Origin: Marsupella aquatica
Lineage: Eukaryota > Plantae > Marchantiophyta
Assembly (NCBI GenBank): GCA_973895155.1
Contig: OZ316899.1
Location: 5,149,241-5,213,240 of the forward strand
DNA length: 64,000 nucleotides
Direction of reading: 5' to 3'
Under the pieces are notes generated by a model that searched no databases, had not been told where the DNA came from, and saw nothing but the letters and a program-made list of their open reading frames with translations. This document shows positions 13,676 to 25,900 of the stretch, in pieces (within the stretch, counting starts at the first letter, position 1; the number at the start of each line of letters is the position of its first letter). A program made the translations under genes and the position numbers.

Positions 13676-16600
13676 TTACTCCAGGTCAAATTCATCATCC
13701 CCATCTTTTGCATCAAGAACATTAGGAGCCCCATCTTTGTTTTTTCCACTCTTTGATCCTGCAAGAGAAAATTCATCCTCTGAATTGAAGTCCTCCAATG
13801 TTTCAGTGAGGTCTTCAATTTTCTTGTGTCTCTCAAGAACACTCTTCAATGCCTTCTCTGCAGCACCATGGAGAACATCCCTATCCTTGACCCCAACAAC
13901 AAACCTCCCGGAGAGTTCTCCAGCTGAAAATGAACTGCCATATCCAATATTCCAATCAAGCACAATGTCTCTAGGCTTTGTGAGAAGCTCCATCACAGCC
14001 TGCATGAATCCAACAGACAACCGACAAGAACCAGAAAAAGCTAACTCTGCCTTGGTATCCCTTTTTGGATAACAAAAACTCAACATCATCTTATGTGATG
14101 CATCTTCAGACGTTGCCAAAGGGACATACTTCGGGTCTTTTGGGATCTTCCCATTGAATTCCACTCGACAAAAGACATCCAGGCTTAAGTTGCAAACCTG
14201 GAAAAGAACAAAAAAATGTCAATTAATGAATCCAGGAAGGCTAGCGAGATCGCTGTCAAAACAACATACTAAACCATGCAAATTTTACACAAATCTCACC
14301 TCAATGTTCATGTCTGGCATCCACATTGGGGACCCCAATAAACCGTGGTACTTCCAAAGGTGTTTAAATTTGTTCCTCTGTTCAACAGCAGCAAAAATTT
14401 GATTTGTGTGGTGAAATTCTCCACTGTGGAGAACGGCCACATACCCATCATCGGCCAACATGGGCCTCATCACTCCAAAGAAATAGTAAGGGAGCTTCTC
14501 AACCCAGACATTCCATGGGGGAACGTCCACATCGGTAACACGAGGTCTCAGCCCAGTCGGAAGAGCTATGAACCCTAGATGGGCACCGGTCCTAGTGTAA
14601 GGCTTCCCATTGATTTTTAAGGGATTCGGGTGTTTGGAAAGCTCCGAAAGCCATTGATCCCCCTCCCCCATCCAAGAAGGTCGAACCTTCTTCATACTTA
14701 TTGAGTCAGCCGTCAAGCGCAGATTACTCTTTGCAAGGAAATGTCTCCTTCCATCCAACTGGAGTCCACAGAGCCTCGGGACACCCTCTCGGATTGACAT
14801 TTCTTCCTCATCAGAATCTGACAACACTTGAACCTTTCTCTTCTTCTTCAACCTCTGGGACCCTGACTTATCACCTCCCGGTTTAGTCACAATTTCAAAA
14901 TCGGGAGACTCAGGCTCAACAAGATCCTCCTGGCGACCATTAGTCATAGTCTGAACACTCTCGGAACCCAAAGACTTCCTCCTTTCTGGATACAAAAAGC
15001 AACCTAAGAGCCTCAGGATATGTCATAAACTTAATCAGAATAGCAGCTTGGGAGAGGTAATAGAAGTAAGCTTCGGAGAGATAAGAGTACTTACTTTTCT
15101 TTCCAGAAATCATAGAGCCGTCTTTTGATACCTCCTTGGCAACATCCCTCTTCAATTTCCGAGGGTGGCTCCTATCAACAGTTGGTGCCACCCCAAGGCA
15201 TGCCTGCTCCATCGACACATAGCCAGCAATTTCTACTTCTGGGTTGCACAATTTAGATTCACTAATAAAGAATTCTGGGACCAAGCCACGATTGATCTTT
15301 TGAAGCGCAACTTTCTCTGTCACATCACATGTCAGTGACCAATTCTCCAAATCTAAATACCAGGGACAATGCAGCACCTCCCATTCACTTATCTTCCGCA
15401 AGGGTTCAATGTCCTCAATAGGGTACATCGAGTACTCCCCAAACTTCTCACAACCAAAATCATCTCTTGCATATTGCGCCCATTGAGAGAAACATGTCGG
15501 ATAACACCACCAAAAAGATCTATTTGCTACCTCCCAATCAACAAAAAACCTATAAACATATCTTTTTGCCCTCCGTCAAAATGCAGCAATGTCAATCTTC
15601 TCCCCAACTTTCGGGTTCCAGATGCTCTTAAAGAACCTTACCTTAACCCGCTGAAGGGAAATCCTCAAACTCATCATCAATTTCAACAAGGAGGGATGCC
15701 TGACTATTCTCTAGGGAAGAAAGAATTCTAGATTCAGGGACAGTGACAATAATCTCAGAGATTGCTTCACTTAATAAGCACCTCGCAATGGACTCTACCT
15801 GTTCCCGGGTTGCCCATCGATGCAACCAGAGCTTAGTCTCACTATCCAAAAATTGAGATGGGTGGAAATATTGTTTACGCAACTCTGGTCTGCACTGTGC
15901 TTCAAGAAGAGTGCAATGGAGTTGTGGACTCAGAGAAGTTACCCCGGTGAAAAGCCTTGCACGATCAAGGCCACACAAAACATTCCCTCTCCCCTTATCA
16001 TCCGTCCGCTGAGCTTCCTTCCTTTCTTTCTCACAATAATTGTGCATCTCAACACATTTCTTGAAGAAATCCCCAAAGTCTGGATTCACAAAGCGGGGAA
16101 AACTTTGGAACTTTGACATTCTAGTCAGAGAGTTGCTCCTTCATCATATCTCGAATTGCAATGTCCTTTGCAGCTTTTGACAGAGGTTCACCAAGTTCCT
16201 CCTTTAGTGCAAACTTCTTGAGTAAGTCAGCAGTTTGTGAAGCTATGTTTGCCGCTGAAAGAATATAAATACATGCATCTAAGGTCATCTGCTTCAAATA
16301 CCACGACGACTTCTTCACATTTTGCATCTTCTGCTGAAATAACTTGAAATTCTCTGGATCAATTAAATCTTTGTAAACTGAGAGGTCTGTGCGCAAAATC
16401 TTCTGGACTCAATCAGCTTCCAGCACCCACAAATTTTTGAAATGGCATTGTGTCAACCTTACAATGAGGACAGAATTCAGAAAACAACAAGAACAAATCA
16501 TGCACGAAAGATGGAGGAAAAAGATCAAATGTGTCAAAGATCTTCTCACCGGTTGAGAGCATGCATTGCAGATTCAATCTGCACGAAAGTATCCTTCTCT

Positions 16601-17250
16601 CCTTTGAATATCTTTGAGACAACTCGAGGATGATATTTGACATCGTGAGGATTCTCAGCAACAAGCAGGTTCCACGAATAGAGACGGTGATTGCCTTCAA
16701 AAACACAAAACATTTTATCCTTGAGCACAGCAAAATTAGGATGCGAATCACACTCCCTCTCGAAAGCTTCATTCTGCACCAACCACATTGGATCCCAGCT
16801 CTGTCTAATTGTGTCGTTGAGAAACTGCACGTCGCCATTATCATTTGTCATTTGCACATAAAAATGAGGCGCATCCTCAATGTACCCTTGAGCCCGGAAC
16901 TCATTCTTCAAAGTCTCAATTGCATTTGAATCTGTCTGAAGAGACCTCACAAGCTGCATGTTCTACATTCGACACAATGGAATTCAAGGGGGAACCAGTG
17001 GATACCCAAATTTTTCCAGCCCAAACTGGTAAAGATGGCGGTTAATGACAACTGAGAAAGGCTCGGACTTGGCAGAATCCATCGAAGGTGGCACAATATT
17101 CATAGGATCAACAAGCTTTCGCCTCCTTGGAGTCTTCAGCCCCGAAGCAAGTGCTTTGTGGCTTGAAGAACTCCTGGTCTCTCGACATTGAGAGGCAGCT
17201 GATTGTGAGGCAACGGACAAAATAGACTCAGGGGATGCAAAAGTTGCCAT
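13676..17250 (-). pseudogene. MULE cargo gene: ParB/Srx-like N-terminal domain plus C-terminal beta-class N4-C/N6-A DNA methyltransferase-like domain (disrupted)
   Basis: ATG at 17250. IPLCRM...FCVFEGNHRLYSW carries the ParB-type GxxR motif. Introns 16458-16549 and 14198-14299 restore the frame. Motif IV/VI-like HLGFIALPTG...LADDGYVAVLH precedes motif X/I-like LLTKPRDIVLDWNIGYGSSFSAGELSGRFVVGVKD. Several in-frame stops and frameshifts; a further acidic exon at 13213-13457 is possible. Confidence 0.75.
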
Positions 17251-17708
17251 CGACTGATAAAGAGAGGAGAACCACGTAAACGGAATACAAGGAATTGGTA
17301 CGGTGATTTGCAAAGGAATCCAAAGTCACATGTGTTAGGAATCCTAAGCAAGATATCGGGGGAATCCAAAGTAACCTACAGTGTATCTGACATTGACAGG
17401 GAATATCAGTATTTAACACCTTGATGCCAAAGATCCCTCTGGTGCTAACTAACATTAACAAAGCATCAGTTAACATTAAGAATGAGTCTAATTACTACTT
17501 AACAACAACTTGTTCGGATGAAATGTACATTTGACTCCAACGGTTTGAGTCAATTACTCTATAGTTGACCAACTTGGGTTGGGTGTCCGTTGAAAATAAC
17601 CATTCTCAAACAGTACAAAATATGCCGATGGATGTAGAAAAGGAAGTTTTTATGAAATTTACTCTTCAAAATGAAGTTAACCCTTCCAACGGTAATATAA
17701 TTTTGTAG

Positions 17709-17744
17709 TTAGATGACTGATTAGATGACTGATTAGATGACTGA
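17709..17744 (+). repeat. 12-bp tandem repeat x3 in the MULE divergent intergenic region
   Basis: TTAGATGACTGA three times. Confidence 0.9.
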
Positions 17745-18556
17745 TAAGGAAAAATAGGCAAACTCCATACTTTGTTTAAGACATATATTTAGACAGTTTT
17801 TTGCCAGTGACATCGTTGGCCAAATTAGTGCTAATGGGGTAGGTTAAAAGTGATGTATTGTTTTTTAAATGAACCCTTAATTCTTTCCTAAATTCTAAAA
17901 TACTTGACAGAAGTCAAACAAACTTAACAATGTTTAATGTGTCAACATAACGTTTTGGAAATATATTTGTTTCGATATCCCTCAATTTAATCCCAAACTC
18001 AAATAAACGTCTACCCTAAATTTTTGGGTGCATCAGGCTAGCAACATCGCTGGCCTGAATCAGGGTTTCTAAAAGGTTTAATTTATGGGACATCTTCGAA
18101 TCCTCTCCCTTGTTAATGTCAATTTGTGAGTGAAAATCATATTATAGAATCACTAAAATATAGTTGGTTTAAGAATAGAGTCCATCTTAAACACAGAAAA
18201 ATTTCCCAAATTATGTCTAGCAAGGTCGCTAGCAAAAACCGTTGTTTAACACGAAGCTCCAAGTTCAAGAATCCTCCTAATGTACTCCAAGTTTAGTAAA
18301 CGTCCTAGAACAACCCAAGATATCCTTGTTGTCAACAGAAAACAGTCAATGTTTTGGACAATTACAAGATATAACTTTGGATTATATGGAGACCTTTATG
18401 ATAGCAAATTTCGGCCAGCGATATCGCTAGCAATAATTCATTTCTGGAAGGTATTAGAGTCGTTGAAGTTTTGTCGTATATGCAACATTAAAGTTATATC
18501 TATATATTCATCCATGATGTTTGTGACGTTTGGGTTCTTGTCTTGGTCCTCATTTG

Positions 18557-21500
18557 ATGGCTCCGAGTGTCATCTTCTGGCGTCAGAGCACTGGAGACAT
18601 TGTTACTCTTTCATCTATGAGAAAGATCACTAATGTGGCCGAGGCCTTTCTTTTGACAAGATTTGGGCTCAATAACTGTGATTTCATTTCGAGATTGTTC
18701 TTTCTTGTTTCACTTCATGGATCAAGGAAGGACGAATTAATTTCAGGAACTCTACTTGGTGAAAGAGTTTGGGAGGTTGCTTCCGGAGATGTGGTGGAGG
18801 TTATATCAGGCAAAGATGAGTTTCCAGAGCCTTTCCAGAACCCTCGAGGAAAAGTGCTTGTAGACCTGGACTCTCCCCTGGGGAGAGAAACGAATGTCCA
18901 GGCCTCTAGTTTTGAGTTTACAACTCTTGAGGGTACTAATTCTGTTTTTGGAAGTTGTTCTACAAAATTGGAAGTAGATACTGCTCTTCCAAGTGCTTTG
19001 GGATGTCATCTTTTGCAGAAAGTCTACAGAATTGGTGCGCTTGAAGCATTTTTGAGCATTACTGGGGCAAGTGAGCTAGAAAGATTTAGAAGAGATGTCT
19101 CGCGGGTTGATGTCCAAGTTGATCGTCTTCCAACAAGTTACAATGGAGACAAGGTATATGAGCTTCCTCCAGTGGAGTCAAGATTTGGTCACGGTCAAGG
19201 GCTTCTTGTCATGGACTGCAACAATGATGGCTACCCTTGGACCCGGTTGGTCACTACTTCGGCTAACCTGAAGCCACATAATCACTGGTCTGTTTTCAAG
19301 GTCCGTTGCAGTGGTGTTGTGCAGTGCCAAAAGTTGAATTGTTCAAGGTTCAAGGAGACAGGAATGAGGAATGAAGCGGCATTTCCTAGAAGATCACTAA
19401 TGACCGATGTCTTCTAGTCGGGAAATCTGGTTCCGGAAGGAGGTTTGGTTTGTGGCTTTTGTGACGAGAGACCTTATTGTGTCCGGCCTTGTCCAACAAT
19501 GATGTTTTATGTTTATGCAAAGCCAACTTTGGACTCTCATGTCTCAAAACACATGTCTAGACTCGCAGTGCATATGGGAGTTCATGATCATTCGATCCGA
19601 ACGGGGAAGTGTTGAGTTGCAAAAAAAAGGCGAAAGATGTTATTCAAGAAGTTCAGTCAGCTCATCCCTTGGCAACCCCTTCCCGTGTGAAGAATATTTC
19701 AATAGGTACATTGATATCTCTTCTCCACCCTGAGGCATGTCACGATCTTTCAAAAGAAGAGGAGGTGGAATTGTGGAACTCGATGAAAGTTGTGTCCTCG
19801 CCGGCAAAATTCCATGCAACTTTCCGGAGTGTTAAAATTGGGAATCCCAAGAAAGGTGAGTTGGATTCGCTTTGTGACATGCAAATGCGCGTGAGATTTC
19901 CATTTGTACAATGTTTCCTGTTCCCTGGCCAGACTGGCAAGTCCATTCGAGCGCATGTATTCAAGATGAGTACCAAAGGTCCCGGTTCTGGAGTTGACAT
20001 TCTCAATCGGATGCAAAAAGGTGGAACTTTAGAGGGAGCTTGGGTGAGTTTTGACGCGATGCACAGAATAACTACTGGTTGGTTAACTTTTAGTGCTCAC
20101 GTATACGATCACACTTATCAAGTAAAGCTACATCGTCAGTTATCAGTGTTTTCCATCAGTCGACCTGATATCAGTCGCCACGTCATCTTAGAGAGGCCGC
20201 CAAGTTGGGGCGCCAAAGAAAAATGTGAAAATAAAACGTTTGCGCATCTCAGCTGACCTCGTCGAGATTGGCGTAAGGCCAAAAAAAATGAAAAAAAATT
20301 AATTTGTTTTTCCAAAAATTCTCAAAAATAATAAATTCCCCAAAAATAATTTTTTCACTATGGGTGTCCGTACCGTACGGACATCGCTTCTCGGCGAGAC
20401 CCGCCGAGATAGTCCGATGTCCGTGCGGTACGGACACCGAATTTTGTCAGAATTTGTTTTTAGATTTTTTTTTTAGAGAATTTTTGAAAGAAAAAATTTT
20501 AATTTTTTTTCTTCGTTTTTTTTGTCCTTACGCCGATCTCGGCAAGGTCAGCTGAGATTGACTCAATCTCAGCTGCCCCAGCTGAGATCCTTACGCCGAT
20601 CTCGACGAGGTCAGCTGAGATGCGCGAAAGTGCGAAGGCCCTATCTCAGCTGCTCAGCTGAGATTCAGAAATTTCAAGGCGACCAAACTGATAATTGATG
20701 ATCCTCGCTACCCCACACTTATCGTGCTCTTTGTACTATCTTCACTTGTGAATTGAAAGCCAAGGATGTTGAGTCACTGGAAACTGCATGGCGTTTAATG
20801 TTGGAAGTTGTTGCTGAGAATGGTATTTCCAATGTAAACATAGCTGGTTTTATGGCTGACAATGCTGAAGCTGGATGGATCGCTGTGAGAAATGTTTTCT
20901 TTGATGGTGTTCGTCTCCCTGATGCATTCCATTTCTTGCAGTCACTAAGACGTCATACCATGGAGGAAATTCGTGAAGGGAAACACTCCGAACACTACCA
21001 AATGTGGGAGAAATTTAGGAATGCACCCTCATATGTTCAAGCTTACAGGGTGGCTAACGATATTCAAGAGTGGTGGAAGTGTGGGAATTGTCACCGTGGG
21101 AAATTGAGATCTTTGCAAGGTTGGATCGCTTGGTGGGTTGTCCGATGGTGACAATGGGGAAGCTTCTTCAGACTGGTAAGTAAACTCATTGTTTTTGGCT
21201 AGCGATGTCGCTAGCATTCCTTTTGTGTACAAATGTTATCTTCAAATCAAGTATGTGCCTCCCAGTGATTGTGTTTGTTTTTGTCTGGACTTCAGACTCA
21301 AACAGCAAAGGAGTCAGCGTTGATGCCAAATTGTACTGGAGCCAAATCTGTACATGGTTCAATGAGAGCTTGCCAAATGAAGAAGAAGATTGGACTGATC
21401 GAAGCTTGTGAGCTTGATCAAAATCGTGCTGGTGGGCAGATTGTTGCCTTTGCTGCGTACATTGAAGGATGCCACAGGGGACATGGACCTACCATATTTG

Positions 21501-22901
21501 AACTTGCATATAGGAATGCAGATACACTAGGATCCCTTGATGCTTTTGAGAAAGCAACCAATCTTCTGCTTGAATCATCTCCAAAATATGAGTTCCATCG
21601 CACTCAACCACTTCATGGAGATCTTTGCACAAAGTCCGGAAAATGAAAAGGCCAAGCTTTGGCTAGAGTTGGTGCTGAAGACTCTTATTGACATGATAAG
21701 GTGATGCGCACGGAGGCGGTGACAAGAGGCGTACATCCAAGAAATTTAGATTCTGATTTCCGGAGTGTCAATGTCGTGGAAGAGAGCGACAAGTTGAAGG
21801 AAAATTTGGGCATACTAGCTCCATCCTTCAACATTCTCTAGTTGTCCAGATCCATCCGTCGTGATTCTTCTTTCCGATAACGAAGGGAATGACACTGAGA
21901 GCTCAGGAGATGACACTTTTGAAATTCCTAAGCCATTGTCACAACAACATGTATCTCCTGTCCGTCCAGAGGAACCAGTTTATGTTTCACCAAGGAGAAT
22001 ACCTGCGGTAAATGGAGTTGATGTCCCATTTGGTACTTGGCACTGAAGGCGGTGCGGGAAAGGAAATGGTCCAGTGTGCAATGGGTCTATGGACAGGACC
22101 ATTTCTGGAAGAGATGAGTGTCGAAACTTAATCAAGGAAGTAGGTTTTCATACTCGGTCTTGCGGTGTGGTTGGGGTTGCAATCCATGGTTTGAGGATGA
22201 CTTCACCACATCCTCAACTCTTATACTTCTGCCCAAACAATGTCTGCCACAAGACCTGGGGGCGCAAGTCAATTGCCCAACTTCCCTTAGTACCCTCAAC
22301 TCTAAAAGTTCTTCGAGGGACAGACTTAACTCCTCCTGAAATCAGCTTCTTGATTGGCTTGGGTTTTCAGATTGATGGTCTCTATTACATGGATTGCAAA
22401 CCAGATGGCAGTGTTGCTCCTCCAAGTAGCGTGGAACTTTGGATTGATGTTAACTCTTTTCCAGAAAAGGTTGATGTAACTATTTGAATAGATGATTGAG
22501 GACGCAAAATGGGAAGGGTGCTTGTCAACGTTTCGACTTCACTGCAGAACTTGTTAAAAGGATTCAGTCTGCAAATGAAGAGCAAATGAGGATTGTGGCT
22601 TGTGAAAAGATCATCCAAGGTAACGGATGGGGAAGACAGTTTTTGATTGCGACGCATGAAAACAACCCTAGTAAATCTAGTAAATATTGGATTCAGTTGT
22701 GCGTCTTCCCATGTTGCTCCTGTGAGGATTTCTATAAGCGGCATTTGCATGGAAAGCCTTACATGTCTTGCAAACATATCCTTAATTTGGGTTTACAAGA
22801 ATGTTTACCATTTGAACCTAGAGACTTCGGATGTAGTCAAGCAGCCAATTTTAACTGTCGCTGAAGTTTCCAATCTGATCCAAAGGGGAGTTGAGGTTTG
22901 A
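18557..22901 (+). pseudogene. MULE transposase with GCM/WRKY-like Zn domain, DDE core and C-terminal SWIM finger (disrupted)
   Basis: DGYPWTR...CSGVVQCQKLNC...CGFC...C...HMGVHDH (GCM-like); WVSFDAMHR and FMADNAEAG (D, D); AFHFLQS; CCSCEDF...CKHIL (SWIM). Intron 21176-21295. Frame is restored when the 20120-20714 insertion is removed (DHTY|RALCTIFTCELKA). Confidence 0.85.
20120..20714. mobile_element. Non-autonomous MULE-like MITE (595 bp) with strong internal fold-back structure
   Basis: 9-bp TSD ACACTTATC at 20111-20119 and 20715-20723. Subterminal inverted match ATC(G/A)TCA(G/A)TTATCAGT. Internal inverted repeats at ~20240-20278 and ~20589-20628; central hairpin at ~20363-20437. Confidence 0.88.
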
Positions 22902-25900
22902 TATTATCCACTTTAGAGTGAGGTTTGGTTTTAATAAGGTTTTCATCGGTTTTTAATATATATGTAAGTACCGTTGGGAGTAGACTTTTTTGTGTGTTGG
23001 TAGGGAGAGATGATATTTACACTCCATATGAAGTGCCCTTTAATTTATTTATAAAACACCAGATATTGGTTCATCAGTTTTGCTAGCGAGGTCGCTAGCT
23101 ATATTTTTGAAAAGTTTTGTAGGTTCATGATTTGGACTGTGGTTTGTTACTCATTGAGAAAACTATTAGTGACAGAGTCACATACCCTGATAAGGTAGGA
23201 TATCATGTCTTTACAGACTTGGCTTTTTTTTACAGTTGGCAACTCTCCCTGAAATCACTGTCAACCTTTTATGTTGGTTATGGTGCCAATTTTGTGTGTT
23301 TATCTGAGATACTGATGACTCCCAATCTCCAGGCCCATCATTTAAATTGCAAGTAAATCTCCTTGCCAAGTGCTTTGGTGATGATATTTATATCTATTTC
23401 GGATTGTCCAATTTGGTTTAAAAAAAAGTTACATTGACATACTTCACTCGAAAGGTTTCTTAAACAAACATTAGTCATTCAAATATGAACAGACTGTTAG
23501 ATGGGTTTTTGCTAGCGAGGCTTGCTGTTACTAGCGGCCAACAAGTCCAAACTTTGGTTTGAGCAAAAAATCACCCATTTCAAGGAATTGTTTTACTCGT
23601 AACAGCAAAAAAATTACTGTTACGAGCAATTTTTTCCTGTTTCCTCGCATGGTAGTCATACCCATACCAAACATTGTGCACCCAAGATCCCTAAAGGATC
23701 CATGCCTTGCCTACTCACAAGGCAAGATGATTACAAGACCAGCGCCAAACAATATACAACATAATATACCAATTGAAACTTCTTGGAGAGAATACATGGT
23801 GATGTATGCAGCCCCGTACAACCTCCTAGTGGCCCATTTTGATTCTTCCTAGTGATTATTGATGCTTCTTCAAAGTGGTCACAAGTATCACTCTTGTCAA
23901 CCCAAAACTTAGTTTTTTCAAGGATACTGGCTCATATCCTAAAGTTGAAAGCACAATTCCCAGAGAATCCAATTACAACTCTCAAGGTTGATAACGCTGG
24001 CGAGTTTACATCTCAGACATTCACAGATTTATGCACATCAGCAGGGATAGACCTACAATATCCTATGGCTCACGCCCATTTTCAGAAAGGGATTGTTGAA
24101 TCCCTCATTAAGAGACTACAGATTATAGCCAGACCTCTCCTAATGCAAACAAGCCTTTCTATGTCCACATGGGGCCATGTTGTAGTCCATGCGGCCGCCC
24201 TGCTCCATTATAGACCATCCACATTCAACTCCCGCACACCTCATCACCCTGCATTTGGGTCCATCCCAAATATATCTCACCTAAGAATATTTGGCTGTCA
24301 AGTCTTGGTACCAATCATGGGCCCCAAATGCACCAAGATGGGGCCCCAGAGACAGAAAGGTATCTATATCAATTTTTACTCAACCTCTATCATATGATAC
24401 CTGGAACCAACAACAACGATGTATTCAAAGCAAGGTTTGCAAACTGCCACTTTTATGAGGACGTATACCCTACATTAAGTACAGAGTAGAGCCCAAACAA
24501 GATTACTAACACTGAAGTTCATTGGCAAACACAATCTGCATTTTGGAATGACCCAAGGACTTCTCAAGCAGGTACAGAAGTCCAGAGGAGGATCCATCTT
24601 ACCAAAATGATGGAACAACTACCCGATTCCTTTGCAGACGCGGCAAAGGTGACTCGCTCACATGTACCGGCAGTGAATACACCAGCCCAAATCAAACTCG
24701 CTGGCCCACAAGCAACTGAGGCTGCACCACTAGCTAAGAGGGGACGCCCACCAAGGGCCAATGATTGCCAACCATACCAAAGACGGCCTATGGCCATAGC
24801 AACTCACGATCAACATTCACCAATAACTGCATCAACCCAACCCATCAGAAATATTGAGAACAACGGGATTGCCATCAATTACCAATATACGGGCCAAGTT
24901 TGGGATCGGTTCCCCATTGTGAAAGCCTGATATTTAATTTGACCACTACCTTGCTTTGACCATGCTCTTTGGACCCTATTTTGTCAATCTCAGCTTGAAC
25001 CCTAAACCTAAACCCCCAAATGATTGATCCCATGAATCCGGTTTTCCACCCCCACAAAACCCTATTATCCATTATTAGTCCAATGACCCATCCCATATCT
25101 GATACCATACGCTACAAAACTTCCGATGTAAACTATTTTGGACCCCTCCTCCAAATGTCCGATATTTTCAATATTGCAATTTGAGTTACAAACACTAACG
25201 GATGTTCCTATACTTAATGCTACGCAAACTCCAATATATTTTAGGTTGGACTATCCCATAAAAAATACATTGGACCCATGATATTCACTTGCCGTAGCGT
25301 CTTAGTATCCGATGAAATGAAAACAGACAAATTATGCAAAACATCCAGTAATGGATTTATTGATGGTTGCAACAATGGAAAGTCCACTAGGTGTCCAATT
25401 GTCCATATCCAATGTCTGAAGTATGGGAAAGTGCAAAGCAAATGACATTGGACGCCTCATTTTTCCGCATCAAAATTTCTGAAGGGGTCCGATGTTGTTA
25501 GGATTGGAAAAAGGGCCAAAAATGTACTAATGGTCTGTTGAGCTTGAGTTAGGATGCTAGTCTTGGATGGCCTAGATCTTACAAGTTACTTACCAAGGCA
25601 TTTGGTTGCTTGTGCAGATAGTGAGAACCGTTGAGCAACAGTGGTGTTAGGGAGAAAGTGCCGCTTCATATGGGAGTTGTTGCTGGAGGTGTAAGAAGTA
25701 CCAAGTTGCTTGCTCAAGGAGTTCCGTGTAGGTGTTCAAGCAGAAAGGGCACTTAGGCGAGGGTGTTGGGATTGGTGAGGCCACTGGGTGGCAAGGTCCA
25801 CCACTCAAGGCCTCACCTTCATGAATTCCTGAAATTCTGTTTTGAGAATTTTGATGTAGGGATCTGGTCTCTCTTGCAAAGAACCTTTTACATCAAATTT

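Larger units (their letters stand above)
12992..23099. promoter_or_regulatory. Dispersed 18-bp palindrome GCTAGCGA-NN-TCGCTAGC (7 full copies) within the MULE
   Basis: Copies at 12992-13009, 14240-14257, 18037-18054, 18216-18233, 18414-18431, 21198-21215 (perfect) and 23082-23099 (perfect). Half or degenerate sites at 12887 and 23511. A regulatory role is inferred. Confidence 0.75.
12833..23663 (+). mobile_element. Mutator-like (MULE) DNA transposon, 10,831 bp, two divergent genes
   Basis: 9-bp TSD ATACCAAAC at 12824-12832 and 23664-23672. Termini read GGG-N11-TGCGAGGAAACAGGA at both ends in inverted orientation. Encodes a MULE-type DDE/SWIM transposase. Confidence 0.92.
12101..24910 (+). 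mobile_element. Truncated Bianca-type Ty1/copia (zinc knuckle, protease, integrase), split by the MULE at 12833-23663
   Basis: CYRCGTKGHTQKVC knuckle, CIVDSGTTHTI protease, WHRRLGHPG. Removing the MULE rejoins GIPN|IVHPRSLKDPCLA. Integrase core at 23852-24397 (IDASSKWSQVSLLST...VDNAGEFTS). Stops and frameshifts present. Confidence 0.9.
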
